DNA of 64,000 bases from sequence record PQ464590.1. One strand, given 5' to 3'. Each line of letters starts with the position of its first letter. Within the stretch, counting starts at the first letter, position 1. Below, piece after piece: positions 28,317 to 39,023 of this stretch. Under the pieces are notes generated by a model. That model did no database searches. It saw only the letters and a list, made by a program, of their open reading frames with translations, and was not told where the DNA came from. The position numbers were made by a program, and so were the translations under genes.

Positions 28317-29468
28317 ATGATACCTTTTGCGAGGATGATAAAGTACGGGCAAGTTATCCAACCATTGCCTGGAGTAAAGAAGATATTAGCTGCGTCTTCA
28401 TGGTGTATGGTGCTATATGAGAATGGTGATTTATATGCACGTGGGCGGAATGCTGGAAGTACATTTGGTGATGGTTCAGCATCTAACACAGACGTTATTG
28501 GTGATTGGAAATTAATACAGTCCAGTGTCAAGGATGTATGGAGTTCATTAGGAACAACGTTCTGTATTACAATGGACAATAGAGTGTTAAGTTCAGGAGC
28601 AATACGTGGATTAACTGGTGGAACTGCTAATAGTACTCAAATATTCACTGACAGAACTAGTATTTTTACGGATGCTGGTTTAGCAGTACAAGATATAGTT
28701 GATATGTCAGTTGGCCCGTACGATGTATATGCATTGACAGTTTCAGGTACAGTATATAGTGGTGGCACTAACTTTTCAGGCCAGCACGGTACTGGAAATA
28801 CCACAGCTAGGGCATTTGCATTGAATACGAATTTTGTGAATGTTAAGAAGATCAGTTCATATGGTGCACAGGGCGGAACCTTCTGGTACTTAGACACATC
28901 TAACACATTATATGGCACCGGAAATGGTTCTGTTGGTCAGTTATTATCGGTATCCGGCACTGTCAGTACTAAGAGAGTTTTGAGTACTGATGTAATTGAT
29001 TACAGTGCGAATATTAACTGTTTCTTTATTATAAAGAGTGATGGTTTATATTGTGCTGGTTCTCAATTCAACGGACAATTAGGTGATGGAGTTAACAGTT
29101 CTAACATAGGTAATGTCGGTAGGACTACATTATTTAAGCATGAACAATTTACATCAGCCCCGTCATATGTTTATAACGATACATATATGACTGTTGTTCG
29201 TTATAATGATACTTGGTACGTATGTGGTAACGTAGCTAAGAGTGGTTATGGTCAAAATAATAGCTCCGCGTCTTTTGTAGTTAACAGTACTACAGTACCG
29301 AAAGTGTCTGATCCTAAATGGGCAATTGGCAATAATAACTCTTATGTAATATCGGAGTTCGGGGTATTACATGGTACTGGTACATATTCAGCAGCTACTG
29401 ATTTGTTACCTGGCTATACTGTTGCCCAATATACGTTTGTACCATTAAGCACGGCAGGGATACAATAA
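28317..29468 (+). CDS. RCC1/BLIP-II-like beta-propeller with MIPF tag
   Basis: GDLYARGRN and GQLGDG repeats. Confidence 0.8.
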   Translation: MIPFARMIKYGQVIQPLPGVKKILAASSWCMVLYENGDLYARGRNAGSTFGDGSASNTDVIGDWKLIQSSVKDVWSSLGTTFCITMDNRVLSSGAIRGLTGGTANSTQIFTDRTSIFTDAGLAVQDIVDMSVGPYDVYALTVSGTVYSGGTNFSGQHGTGNTTARAFALNTNFVNVKKISSYGAQGGTFWYLDTSNTLYGTGNGSVGQLLSVSGTVSTKRVLSTDVIDYSANINCFFIIKSDGLYCAGSQFNGQLGDGVNSSNIGNVGRTTLFKHEQFTSAPSYVYNDTYMTVVRYNDTWYVCGNVAKSGYGQNNSSASFVVNSTTVPKVSDPKWAIGNNNSYVISEFGVLHGTGTYSAATDLLPGYTVAQYTFVPLSTAGIQ

Positions 29469-29483
29469 GGAGATTAAAAAAAA

Positions 29484-30620
29484 ATGATACCGTTTTCTAG
29501 ATTAATAAAGTATGGTAACATACGAGAGGTTAAAATACAAAAAATTGATACGACGAACACAAGTACGGTCGTACTATTTGATAATGGTGAACTTTATGGC
29601 TTCGGTCAAAATTCCTTTGGTGTTCTTGGGTTGGGACATACTGATATAGTATTTGATATGACACTATTGAATACGGGCGTTAGTGACGTATGGTGTGCAC
29701 AGTCTGATATATTAATTAGAAAAGGTGACAACTTTTATTATGCAGGTGCTGGTCAAATTATTGGTAGTACTAGTGTATCAAGTAGCGTTTTTGTTGATTG
29801 TACATCGATGTTTGGAACTCTCAATAAGGGAAATATCAAAAAAATACAGTTAAGTTTAGGTACATTAGTACTAATGAATGATAATAAGCTTTATGCTTGT
29901 GGTTTCAATAATGGTTTTTATGGTAATGGCTCATTCAACCGAGTTTCAGCACTAACACAGGTTCAAACTGATGTTCTTGACGTGAAGACTAACAGAAATG
30001 GTACAGCCTGGATAAAGAAAACTGATAATAGACTTTATGCTTGTGGTCAGAACAGTTCATATCAAACAGGTGCAGGTACTAGTTCAACGGTAGCTTCCTA
30101 TACTTTAATATCTAAATTTACTACAGTTGATTTAGATAATTTATCAGTAGCTGATAGTACTGCATTTTATTACACTGGGGCTGCTTTATATGGTTCAGGA
30201 ACCAAAATGGGAAATGGAAATAACACCAGTACTTCACAGAACTTTAATGGTTCCGTTGTTTTTAATTTAGCTAACTATGTTAGGATGTATAGTACGAATT
30301 GGGGAACGACCGCTCCATTTATTATGGGTTCTAGTACTGGTAATGGTATTCCTGATTCATTAAATTTCTGTGGTTCAAATACATACGGTGCATATGGTAC
30401 GGGTACTACTGGGACAGTAACTGCATTTACACCTATGAGTACCTTGAATTCGGTACTGTCTGATTTTACAAAGATTACGCATATTCAATCCAACGCATAT
30501 GGTACATATGTGGTGGCTGATAATAAATTGTACTGTGCAGGGAATGCTGCTGGTGGTGCGGTTCCAGGAGTTAACACTGGTAATCAATTATCATTTATAG
30601 AAGTTGAGTTACCCATATAA
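29484..30620 (+). CDS. RCC1/BLIP-II-like beta-propeller with MIPF tag
   Basis: GELYGFGQNSFGVLGLG; closest in pattern to 23542..24750. Confidence 0.8.
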   Translation: MIPFSRLIKYGNIREVKIQKIDTTNTSTVVLFDNGELYGFGQNSFGVLGLGHTDIVFDMTLLNTGVSDVWCAQSDILIRKGDNFYYAGAGQIIGSTSVSSSVFVDCTSMFGTLNKGNIKKIQLSLGTLVLMNDNKLYACGFNNGFYGNGSFNRVSALTQVQTDVLDVKTNRNGTAWIKKTDNRLYACGQNSSYQTGAGTSSTVASYTLISKFTTVDLDNLSVADSTAFYYTGAALYGSGTKMGNGNNTSTSQNFNGSVVFNLANYVRMYSTNWGTTAPFIMGSSTGNGIPDSLNFCGSNTYGAYGTGTTGTVTAFTPMSTLNSVLSDFTKITHIQSNAYGTYVVADNKLYCAGNAAGGAVPGVNTGNQLSFIEVELPI

Positions 30621-30629
30621 GGAGGGATT

Positions 30630-31775
30630 ATGATACCATTCGCAAGAATGATACAGTACGGGAATAATATTCCCAGGGCTGCAAGAATACAAACAGTAAA
30701 AACATTACAGTACAACGTGTTTATTTTATTGGATGATGGTAGGTTATATGGTCGTGGACGAAATCAAAACTATCAATTAGGTACTGGTGTAAACACACCA
30801 ACTATAGTTGAAGAATGGACTTTATGTTTAGAGAACGTAAAGGAATTTTGGTGCACTGGCTCAGTTAGTGGTATATTGGCTGTAAAGTACGATGGCACTT
30901 GGTGGAGTACTGGACAGCAAACCTACAGAGGTATTACAACTATACACCAAACCTGGACCGATGTTACGTCTATTTTTAGTACTGTAACTAATACATATCA
31001 GAAAATAGTAATTGGTAGTGGTGTTACACTATTACTAACTAACACTGGTGAATTGTACAAAATGGGATATAATGTAAATGGTGAAGTTTTCACTGGAAAT
31101 GCAACTACACGGGTTACAACATTAACATTAACCCCTGAAGTTAATGTTGTTGATATTGGTGCATCAATGGATACATCATCATTTGTATTATACGCAGATG
31201 GTACATTGAAGGGTTCTGGTAATAATGGCTCTTGGACTAGTGGCTCTACACTAGTAACCACATTAACTACAATAACGACTGGTGTATTAAAGATTAACTC
31301 TGAGAATTCTTATAATGCTGTGTACGTACAAAAGAGTGATGGTATATATGTTGCAGGTTCACAATTCATGGGCCAATTGGGTGATGGTGTAAATGGTTCT
31401 GCCAGTACTTCACGCTCTATATACAAGATTCCAGTAGCTACGAATCCAGGGGAAGTAGATTACATTGGTTCTTCTAACTACGTAGTACATATGCGTAGTA
31501 CTAGTGGTGTGTGGTATTTTGCTGGTCGTGATGGTAGACAGGCTGGTAATGGAATAACATCTAGTTCAGCAATAACAACATATACTGCGTTGCCAAACAT
31601 CGGAATGAACAGTACTGAAATGTCACACACGTATTTGATTACATTCGTTGTAATTGATGGCGTTTTATATGGCTCAGGAAATGGAAGCACGACTTCTGGA
31701 TTAGGAGTTATACCATATGTAGAAGCTGGTGCTGGTAGTACTGGTTTATTCAAGATGATAAACACGCCTAGTTAA
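30630..31775 (+). CDS. RCC1/BLIP-II-like beta-propeller with MIPF tag
   Basis: GRLYGRGRNQNYQLGTG repeats. Confidence 0.8.
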   Translation: MIPFARMIQYGNNIPRAARIQTVKTLQYNVFILLDDGRLYGRGRNQNYQLGTGVNTPTIVEEWTLCLENVKEFWCTGSVSGILAVKYDGTWWSTGQQTYRGITTIHQTWTDVTSIFSTVTNTYQKIVIGSGVTLLLTNTGELYKMGYNVNGEVFTGNATTRVTTLTLTPEVNVVDIGASMDTSSFVLYADGTLKGSGNNGSWTSGSTLVTTLTTITTGVLKINSENSYNAVYVQKSDGIYVAGSQFMGQLGDGVNGSASTSRSIYKIPVATNPGEVDYIGSSNYVVHMRSTSGVWYFAGRDGRQAGNGITSSSAITTYTALPNIGMNSTEMSHTYLITFVVIDGVLYGSGNGSTTSGLGVIPYVEAGAGSTGLFKMINTPS

Positions 31776-31848
31776 GTATATATGCCTAGTACTTCAACAG
31801 TACTGGGCATTTTTAATTAAATACGTTATATTATAAATGGAGGTACAG

Positions 31849-33003
31849 ATGATACCATTTACAAGAATGATAAAATACGGAAGAAATATAGTTACAAATG
31901 ATATTAAGAAGATGGTAGCCAGTACGAACAGTATTGCCCTTCTATATAATAATGGTAATTTATATATGAGGGGTGAGAACTCATTGTCATTATGGGGGAC
32001 TACTGATGCAAATAATAAGTTAGATTGGACATTAGTTCTTACTGATGTACAAGATGTATGGATTGGAGCATATCATACAATAGCACTAATGAATGATGGT
32101 ACGTATTATTGTTGTGGTTATGCTAGGTCGTTAGGTGTAGCTGGAAGTAATAGATTGTGGGAACCATATGCGTTGCTTAATAATCTTATTAGTTCAACTG
32201 GTGATACTGTGAAGAAAATAGAGTGCGGTGTACAGGGTTCTCAAATTCTAATGAGTAATGGGGATTTATATTTTACTGGATTTAATAATGCTTCATGTAT
32301 GGCTCCCTCTTCATTTGGGACCACAGTAACTTCGTTTATTAAATCACTTACGGGTGTAAAAGATGTTAGTTATAATATGAACGCAACGATGGTAATAACA
32401 AATGATAATTTACTTAGAGTTGTGGGTACATCAGATAACCAAAAACTAGCAACACCCTCTAATGGAACAGTATTGTCTGTATGGACAACTAAAAGCTTAC
32501 CTACTGGTTACACATATCCGGTTAGCCTATATGAAGCTTATAGGTCCACATATATATATTGTGCATCGGATAGTTCAGTGACCGACACGGCATTAGTTGG
32601 TGCAGGTTACAACGGATATAATCAGTTAGGGCAACCAGGAACCTTCAACACACCACTAGCAACTTACACTGCTGGTGCAACTAATATTAAAATTACATCA
32701 TTTGGTACTGGCTGGTGGCCTACTGCGTATAGTACTATGTGTACTGATGGTTTACAACTATATTCTGCTGGTCAATTGGGTGCAGCTATGGGCAGTGCGA
32801 CGAACAAGACCACTGGGTTTACAGCGATCCCATTTGAAGCAGGTGCAAGTGCTAGTACAGTTGATGAGTTTTGTATGGCTGGTTCAGCAACAACAACTGG
32901 AGTTACTATGATGAGGTCTGGTAATACTGTATTCGCATGTGGTGTAGCAGCTTGGTTGGGGACTGATCATTTTAATTTAGTTCCAGTATCATTACCAGAA
33001 TAA
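31849..33003 (+). CDS. RCC1/BLIP-II-like beta-propeller with MIPF tag
   Basis: Start reassigned to MIPFTRM after GGAGG RBS. Confidence 0.8.
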   Translation: MIPFTRMIKYGRNIVTNDIKKMVASTNSIALLYNNGNLYMRGENSLSLWGTTDANNKLDWTLVLTDVQDVWIGAYHTIALMNDGTYYCCGYARSLGVAGSNRLWEPYALLNNLISSTGDTVKKIECGVQGSQILMSNGDLYFTGFNNASCMAPSSFGTTVTSFIKSLTGVKDVSYNMNATMVITNDNLLRVVGTSDNQKLATPSNGTVLSVWTTKSLPTGYTYPVSLYEAYRSTYIYCASDSSVTDTALVGAGYNGYNQLGQPGTFNTPLATYTAGATNIKITSFGTGWWPTAYSTMCTDGLQLYSAGQLGAAMGSATNKTTGFTAIPFEAGASASTVDEFCMAGSATTTGVTMMRSGNTVFACGVAAWLGTDHFNLVPVSLPE

Positions 33004-33016
33004 CAAGGAGAATTAA

Positions 33017-33688
33017 ATGATACCTTTTACAAGAATGATTAATTTTGGTAATGTAGTTCGTAACACCAATATTATTGATTTGGATTTTAGAAATGCAATG
33101 TTAGGAACATCAGATGTTCTGGATGTTTCCGATCATCATTATCCATTTACTAAAATTAATAGTACTGGTACTAACGTCATTCAATTTGATAGTACTTTAA
33201 ATACGAATGTTATGTATTTTAATGGAGCACTATATAGTACTCCTATGGTTTCGGACTTATATTTGAGTTCAAAGAACTTCGAAATAGAATTCGTTTACAA
33301 AAGTTTAGCTGGTGGTGTTTCAGTACTATTCGGTACTGGATATTATCCTGATACTGCGAATAGAATATCTGGAATATGCTACCAGATGCATCAGAATACT
33401 GATGCACCACAAACATTTGTTACCGGAACAATTGAAACAAGCTACTGGCGAAATCAAATGTCCGGTGTAGGTGATAATACATGGTACAGAGTTGTTATAA
33501 CACGAACAGGCACTACTGTTTCAGTTTCATGTTACAACATGGCTGGTGCGTTAATTGCTTCACGTTCAGACGGTTCTGGGCAAACATTTGGCAATGGTAC
33601 GTCTTTTGGCATTGGTGGTTACTATAAAACACTAACATCGAACCTGTTTTATGGTTACGTACAGTACTTAAAAATTAAAGAATTATAA
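33017..33688 (+). CDS. ConA/LamG-like lectin-fold protein with MIPF tag
   Basis: YFNG...FEIEF..., WYRVVITRTGT.VS.Y, IGG...F.GYVQYLKI pattern. Confidence 0.7.
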   Translation: MIPFTRMINFGNVVRNTNIIDLDFRNAMLGTSDVLDVSDHHYPFTKINSTGTNVIQFDSTLNTNVMYFNGALYSTPMVSDLYLSSKNFEIEFVYKSLAGGVSVLFGTGYYPDTANRISGICYQMHQNTDAPQTFVTGTIETSYWRNQMSGVGDNTWYRVVITRTGTTVSVSCYNMAGALIASRSDGSGQTFGNGTSFGIGGYYKTLTSNLFYGYVQYLKIKEL

Positions 33689-33690
33689 TT

Positions 33691-33720
33691 AAAAAAAGCC
33701 CCTCAATTGAGGGGCTTTTT
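33691..33720. terminator. bidirectional intrinsic terminator
   Basis: AAAAAAAGCCCCTC-AATT-GAGGGGCTTTTT between convergent gene blocks. Confidence 0.9.
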
Positions 33721-33722
33721 GT

Positions 33723-36700
33723 TTACCATTCCATATCCAGAAGTTTATGAATAGCATAAACTACTATACTGAATATTACAGTACCTATTAGGACAAGTGT
33801 AATCATCCACAAAGTACTCATGATTGGGACGCTATTCATGAAGTAACCAACACCTCCCATTATTGCCATACAAATTTCCACAAAGATGAGGAATGAACAA
33901 TAAGGAGTATCCATTGCTTCACGAACGCCAGAGAATATATCTGTTTCAAAGACATAATCTAACCCAATTACCACCGCTGAACTAATAAAGAACACGTGGT
34001 AATATACTACGAAAAATGTAAGTATTTCCATTGCCATATTATTTTACCGGTTTTGAGGTATTGCGTTATTGAGGACAACGAATGCATTGAATGCTTCGTT
34101 GAGTTCTACTGAATCATAGCGGTCCTGTTTACGAGCACGATGTACTTCATGTTTGCTGTACGTCGTATTCTTATCCATGAACTCTTCGAACTTATCACGG
34201 ATCAGGTTGTTGACACGGTCTGCATACTGTTTAGGAGTGCATTTTGAATCGAAGTTTATGTACTCTTTCGTGACGGTTTCAGTGAATTGTTGCACAGCAA
34301 GGATACGATCCAGTAAGCGACCTTTCGCGTACAGGGCATCGATTTCTTCTTGTGCTTCTTCCTGTGTGCCGAAAGAAAGACGGTGCTGCCATTCACCATT
34401 CTTCTCATTATGATCATAGAACTTATCCCCACCCATAGTACTGAACAGGGTTTTGGATGGATCTTTAGCGTCGATAATAAAGAAACGAGTTACTGAATGG
34501 GTGTTGTTAATGTTCATAGTAGTTCCTCTTGGTATAGATAAAAAGTTTGCTATCTAAAGAAGTATTTAATCAGATGCGACTAAATCCAGTACAGTTATAT
34601 TAGCAGTACTGGATTCAGAAGTCAAGCTTTTTTAGTAACGATTTCTGCGGCGACGTAAAACAACTTCTTCACGGAGGTCAGAGAGCCAGCACCAGCCATA
34701 TATAGCGATGAAGACTACACCAATAAGACTGAAGCAGACAGTACTAATGATGTGTGGATATAGTCTGTATTCCCACCCGAAGATTGCACAACAAATGTAC
34801 CACGCTCCGAATACTACACCTAAAGAAATGAGGATTACCTGAACCTCTTCAACCAAGTCCTCGAACCAATTCCAGATACGAGTATCGAAGAACCAGGACA
34901 CTAACAGGATTCCGTACATTGTCATGATTGCATAAAGTACACAATCAAATACTGCCATGTGATTCAGAACAAATTGCTCCATCAGTATTACCTCAAGTTA
35001 TTAGCACGTTTCAGATCATGACGTTTCATTTTGACCCAGAAGTGAATCTTATCCCACAATGCTTTAGCACCAAGTACTGTGTACATCAGAACAATGAATA
35101 CAGTACTAAACATGATAGATAGTCCTGCGATTGCTAGGATTGGTCTAGACTCCATGAAGTACCCTAACCACAAGAACACACTGAACAGTGAAATGCAGAT
35201 CCAGTACTTGTACAAGTAACGATGTTCATGTTCAGTTACTGTATCATTCAGGCGGTACAGAGTTGGAATACAGAACAGTACTCCAAGTTTCAGTACTACG
35301 AACAGTGTACACATGATACTTGATACAATGATGATGGTCATCATCAGTGGTGTAATAATCATTCTTTTCTCCCGTGCTTACGTTCGTGAATTTTGTGATG
35401 CAGATTCACAAAGAATTTTATAATCGGATTACCTTCACTGAACACTAGTAACCAGATGATTATCGTATTGAACAGCATGATAATCGCACCGAATATGGTG
35501 AATAGGAATGTACCGAAATCAGCTTCAATGAACCACATCGTCCACCATAATAATGTAAGAATGATGTTCGATGCGAACAAGCCGTGGATCGAATCACCTT
35601 CGCTGTCAATATCTTTGTAAGCTTTTTCTGCAATAGTTACACAGAAGAACTTTCCAACGTACAGAAGGATGAACAAAGTACTGTACACTGTCATTGGATA
35701 GATTACACATTTCAATGCTAAGTGCATTGTTTCGAAGTTGATCATTCTTTAGTCCTCTTCTCAATAATCTTTTGGTGCAGCCGCTGCATGAACGGGACAA
35801 TCCCTAAACAAATTAGAATGATTGAACCAGCAGTGAATGCGAACCATGCAAAGAATGCAATCAGAAGCCCAAGCATAACAAGACCTTCAACTTCTGTCAA
35901 CAATCCTAGCCACATCACTACAGTACTAACAATGCCGATAACACCTACAATGATAGGGATGTTGTCTTTCTTCATCTTATCGTACCAATTCCTGAACGGT
36001 GATACGTAGAAGAACTTACCTACAAGTACCCCAAAGAACAGTACTGAGTATACTGTTACAATTGATACCATCTTTACACCTGCTGGTGAGAGTATATCCA
36101 TTAGTAATCCTTTAGTCTACGTAAACGTTTATGGAAATCACGTAGTGCGAACACACTAAACGAAATGAGCCACGCGATTAGACAGCCTCCAGCAATCGCT
36201 GCTGCGGCGATTCCGATCCCGATATCAATATCAGGGAAGTACGCATAAACGAAGCCTAGAGCCGCTGCAATCGTTGCCAGTACAGTAGTGATGATGGCGA
36301 ACGGTAGCCCGTCGAAGTCCCATGACTCGTACTGGATTTGGTTATCGAACCATTTAGAACCAGGGAGGCAGAAGAACCACATCACCCAGCACAGGAGCCA
36401 CAATGTCAGTACTGCAAATGAGAAGATAGCCATTATTTTATCTTATTCCCCACAATGTTTTCACGGAACGCCATTAGTTTCTTATGAACCGTTGGAATCA
36501 CGGCCACAACAAAGAACCCGAAGAAGAATAGACCATTGATGTAAATTCCAATCTTAGGTCCAAGAGCCAGATCTATAAGATATACCAAACTCGTGAACAA
36601 TGCAAGTGTTGGTACGCAGCGTACAAAATCTGCATTAGGGAATAACCACAAGAAGCTATCCCGTTTGAAGAACCACAGTACTAAACCGAGTAGTGACCAC

Positions 36701-38246
36701 GTTCCGAACGTAATAGCAATCACTGCATTTATTGTATCAAAAGTAGCTGGAGTCATTTTTCTTAGTCCTTGAATCTGGAAGTTTCTCACGTAGCTCCATT
36801 AGATAGTGCATTACTGTAATTAGAATACCAACACTATACAGGCAGCCACACAAATACAATGCACGGTCAACCATTTCCCCATGCATGAGGTAGCTAGTCA
36901 TAGTACTGAATGCTGACACAAAGAACAAAATACAAGTTGCTGTAATTGAAGCTTCTTCCTGAAGGAATGGCGAGTCCTTCTTGAAATACCATAGTACTGC
37001 ACGTAAGAACAGAAGGAATCCTAGTGCAATTATGGCGATGTTGTTCAGAGTAATAAGGGTTTGCATATCTTAGTCCTGTTTAGGGAATTTCTCACGAAGT
37101 TCTACGAGGTACTTACCACCTAGTACCATGACGAATCCAAATACAAGTACTATCAGTACTGACACATTAGCAAAGAATGCGAACGGATAGTACTCCATGT
37201 TAGGATCTGCGTACTGACCTAACGCGAACAACAATGAACCTCCAAGCAATAAGATATAAATGATCTCACATGGAAAGTTCGGGAACATCTTATAGCGTTC
37301 ACCGCGACGGAAGTACCACAGAATTATATACAACGCACCGTAGAATGTCAATACAATTGTGTAGATATTTGATACAGTCATCAGCGTTGCAGTTCCAAAA
37401 TACTCGATGATGCTACCAGCTAACTCGTTCATACTATTCCTTACTGTTCAGTACTTTAACGTACCAGGTCAAAAGGTTCAGATATGATTCTTGTACTTCA
37501 GAGCGGTCTTTAATAGACCGCATAGCACGCATATCTTCAATAATCCATTGTTCAGGTTTCATGATATTCCTTAGCGTTCTGGCAGTCTGTCACGGATACT
37601 GGACAGTACTACAAAGATAAAGATGCATAGAATCACTGCACCAGCAACACTTCCGTAGATGAAGTTCACCCAGAATGCAAATGGCGGTGCATGACCATCT
37701 GATAAGAAATTAGCTAAGTACTGGAACAAGCTAATCACTGCACAGATACCGAATGATACCCAGAACGTTGCCTGTACTCCTTCAGTTGGTGGAAAGATTT
37801 TGTGCCGTACACTCAACTTGAAGAACCACAGTACTGAATAGAATACTAGGAACATGAGGTACGAAAGGAAGTACACGTTGTTGATAGTTTTTAGTAAATC
37901 AGCATCTTGGAACATGTTATTCCTCCCAACGATTAGGAATTTTATTACGTAAACTGGTAATCAGTTCTGGTAAGAACCATAGTAACATCAACCCGAACAA
38001 AATACAAGACCCAATGAACGTGAACGGTGGTGATTCTTTCCCGTCATAGTATATGATACCCATTTCTATACCCATTGCACTTGATGCAATCATAAAGTAC
38101 GCCATACAAAAGATCTGGGCTGGTTCACAGTCATTGATTAGCATCTTTTTGTAGTACGGGACTTTGAAGAACCACATAATCCAGTACATAAGGATGTACA
38201 TAACCACTGTACCGTAAATCAGAACTCCTACACTGTTAAGGCTCAT
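33723..38246 (-). other. tandem array of ~11 paralogous 105-130 aa three-TM membrane proteins
   Basis: ORFs 33723, 34632, 34988, 35359, 35742, 36101, 36433(-36756), 36737, 37070, 37571, 37917; shared W/K-(F/Y)-F-K-like motif after TM1 and a basic tail. Confidence 0.75.
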
Positions 38247-38247
38247 A

Positions 38248-39018
38248 TTATTTCTCCAGGAACATGTTTTCAGCCATATCTTCCCAATCGAACGGGAACT
38301 TATTGTACAAGCCAGCCATCAGTACTGGCATACGCAGAGAAGGTGAACGGAGAGATTCTTCGTTCTTCAGCATCCAGTTCAGGATCTGCTGTGAACCTTC
38401 TTTACTAACGAACTGGTTTTCCAGGATGTTAGTTTTCTTCATGATGTTCTCAATGTGAATCATCACTTCTTCATTGGTGAACAGTTGCAGGTCAATGAAG
38501 ATACTACGTGTAATCAGAGCATCGATATGTGGAGACAATGCTGTTTTACCTTTCGCAATCTGTGACAGATTCTTGTTCGTCAGGAAGATAACCTTCCCAC
38601 GGAATTCGAACTGCTTAGGAATGCCCTGCTGGTCCAGGTACTTGCTTGATGTACTGTATGATACTACACGTTTAGCGGACGTGTCCAGTACTGCTTTCAG
38701 CAAATCGATATTAGTTTCATCACTGAAGATATCAACATCATCCAGTAACAGTACTGAAGCAGCGTGACGGGACTTGTACAGAGCTTCGTACAGACCCATA
38801 GTAGTAACTTTACCAGAGATCTTCTTGTAGTCAATCTCGTACGCTTGGTCAGCTTCGGTTAGACGTTTGTCCACATTGTAAGTCTTGCCAACGCCGCCTT
38901 TACCAGAAACGATCAGGCTGTTAACGGAGTTAGCTTGAGTATCCAGAAGACATTCAAGAGCAGCGGACATGGACTTAAAGTTCTTTTCAATCTGTAATGC
39001 TTTTTCTTCGCGAGTCAT
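38248..39018 (-). CDS. AAA+ family P-loop ATPase
   Basis: Walker A GKGGVGKT, Walker B LLLDDVD, sensor-like FLTN; start reassigned to MTREEK. Confidence 0.85.
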   Translation of the reverse strand: MTREEKALQIEKNFKSMSAALECLLDTQANSVNSLIVSGKGGVGKTYNVDKRLTEADQAYEIDYKKISGKVTTMGLYEALYKSRHAASVLLLDDVDIFSDETNIDLLKAVLDTSAKRVVSYSTSSKYLDQQGIPKQFEFRGKVIFLTNKNLSQIAKGKTALSPHIDALITRSIFIDLQLFTNEEVMIHIENIMKKTNILENQFVSKEGSQQILNWMLKNEESLRSPSLRMPVLMAGLYNKFPFDWEDMAENMFLEK

Positions 39019-39023
39019 GATTC

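Noticed and set aside
22668-33688. Classical trimeric tail fibre or depolymerase annotation
   Set aside because: The repeats are propeller-type or lectin-type, with no collagen, beta-helix or chaperone signatures; virion location remains inference.
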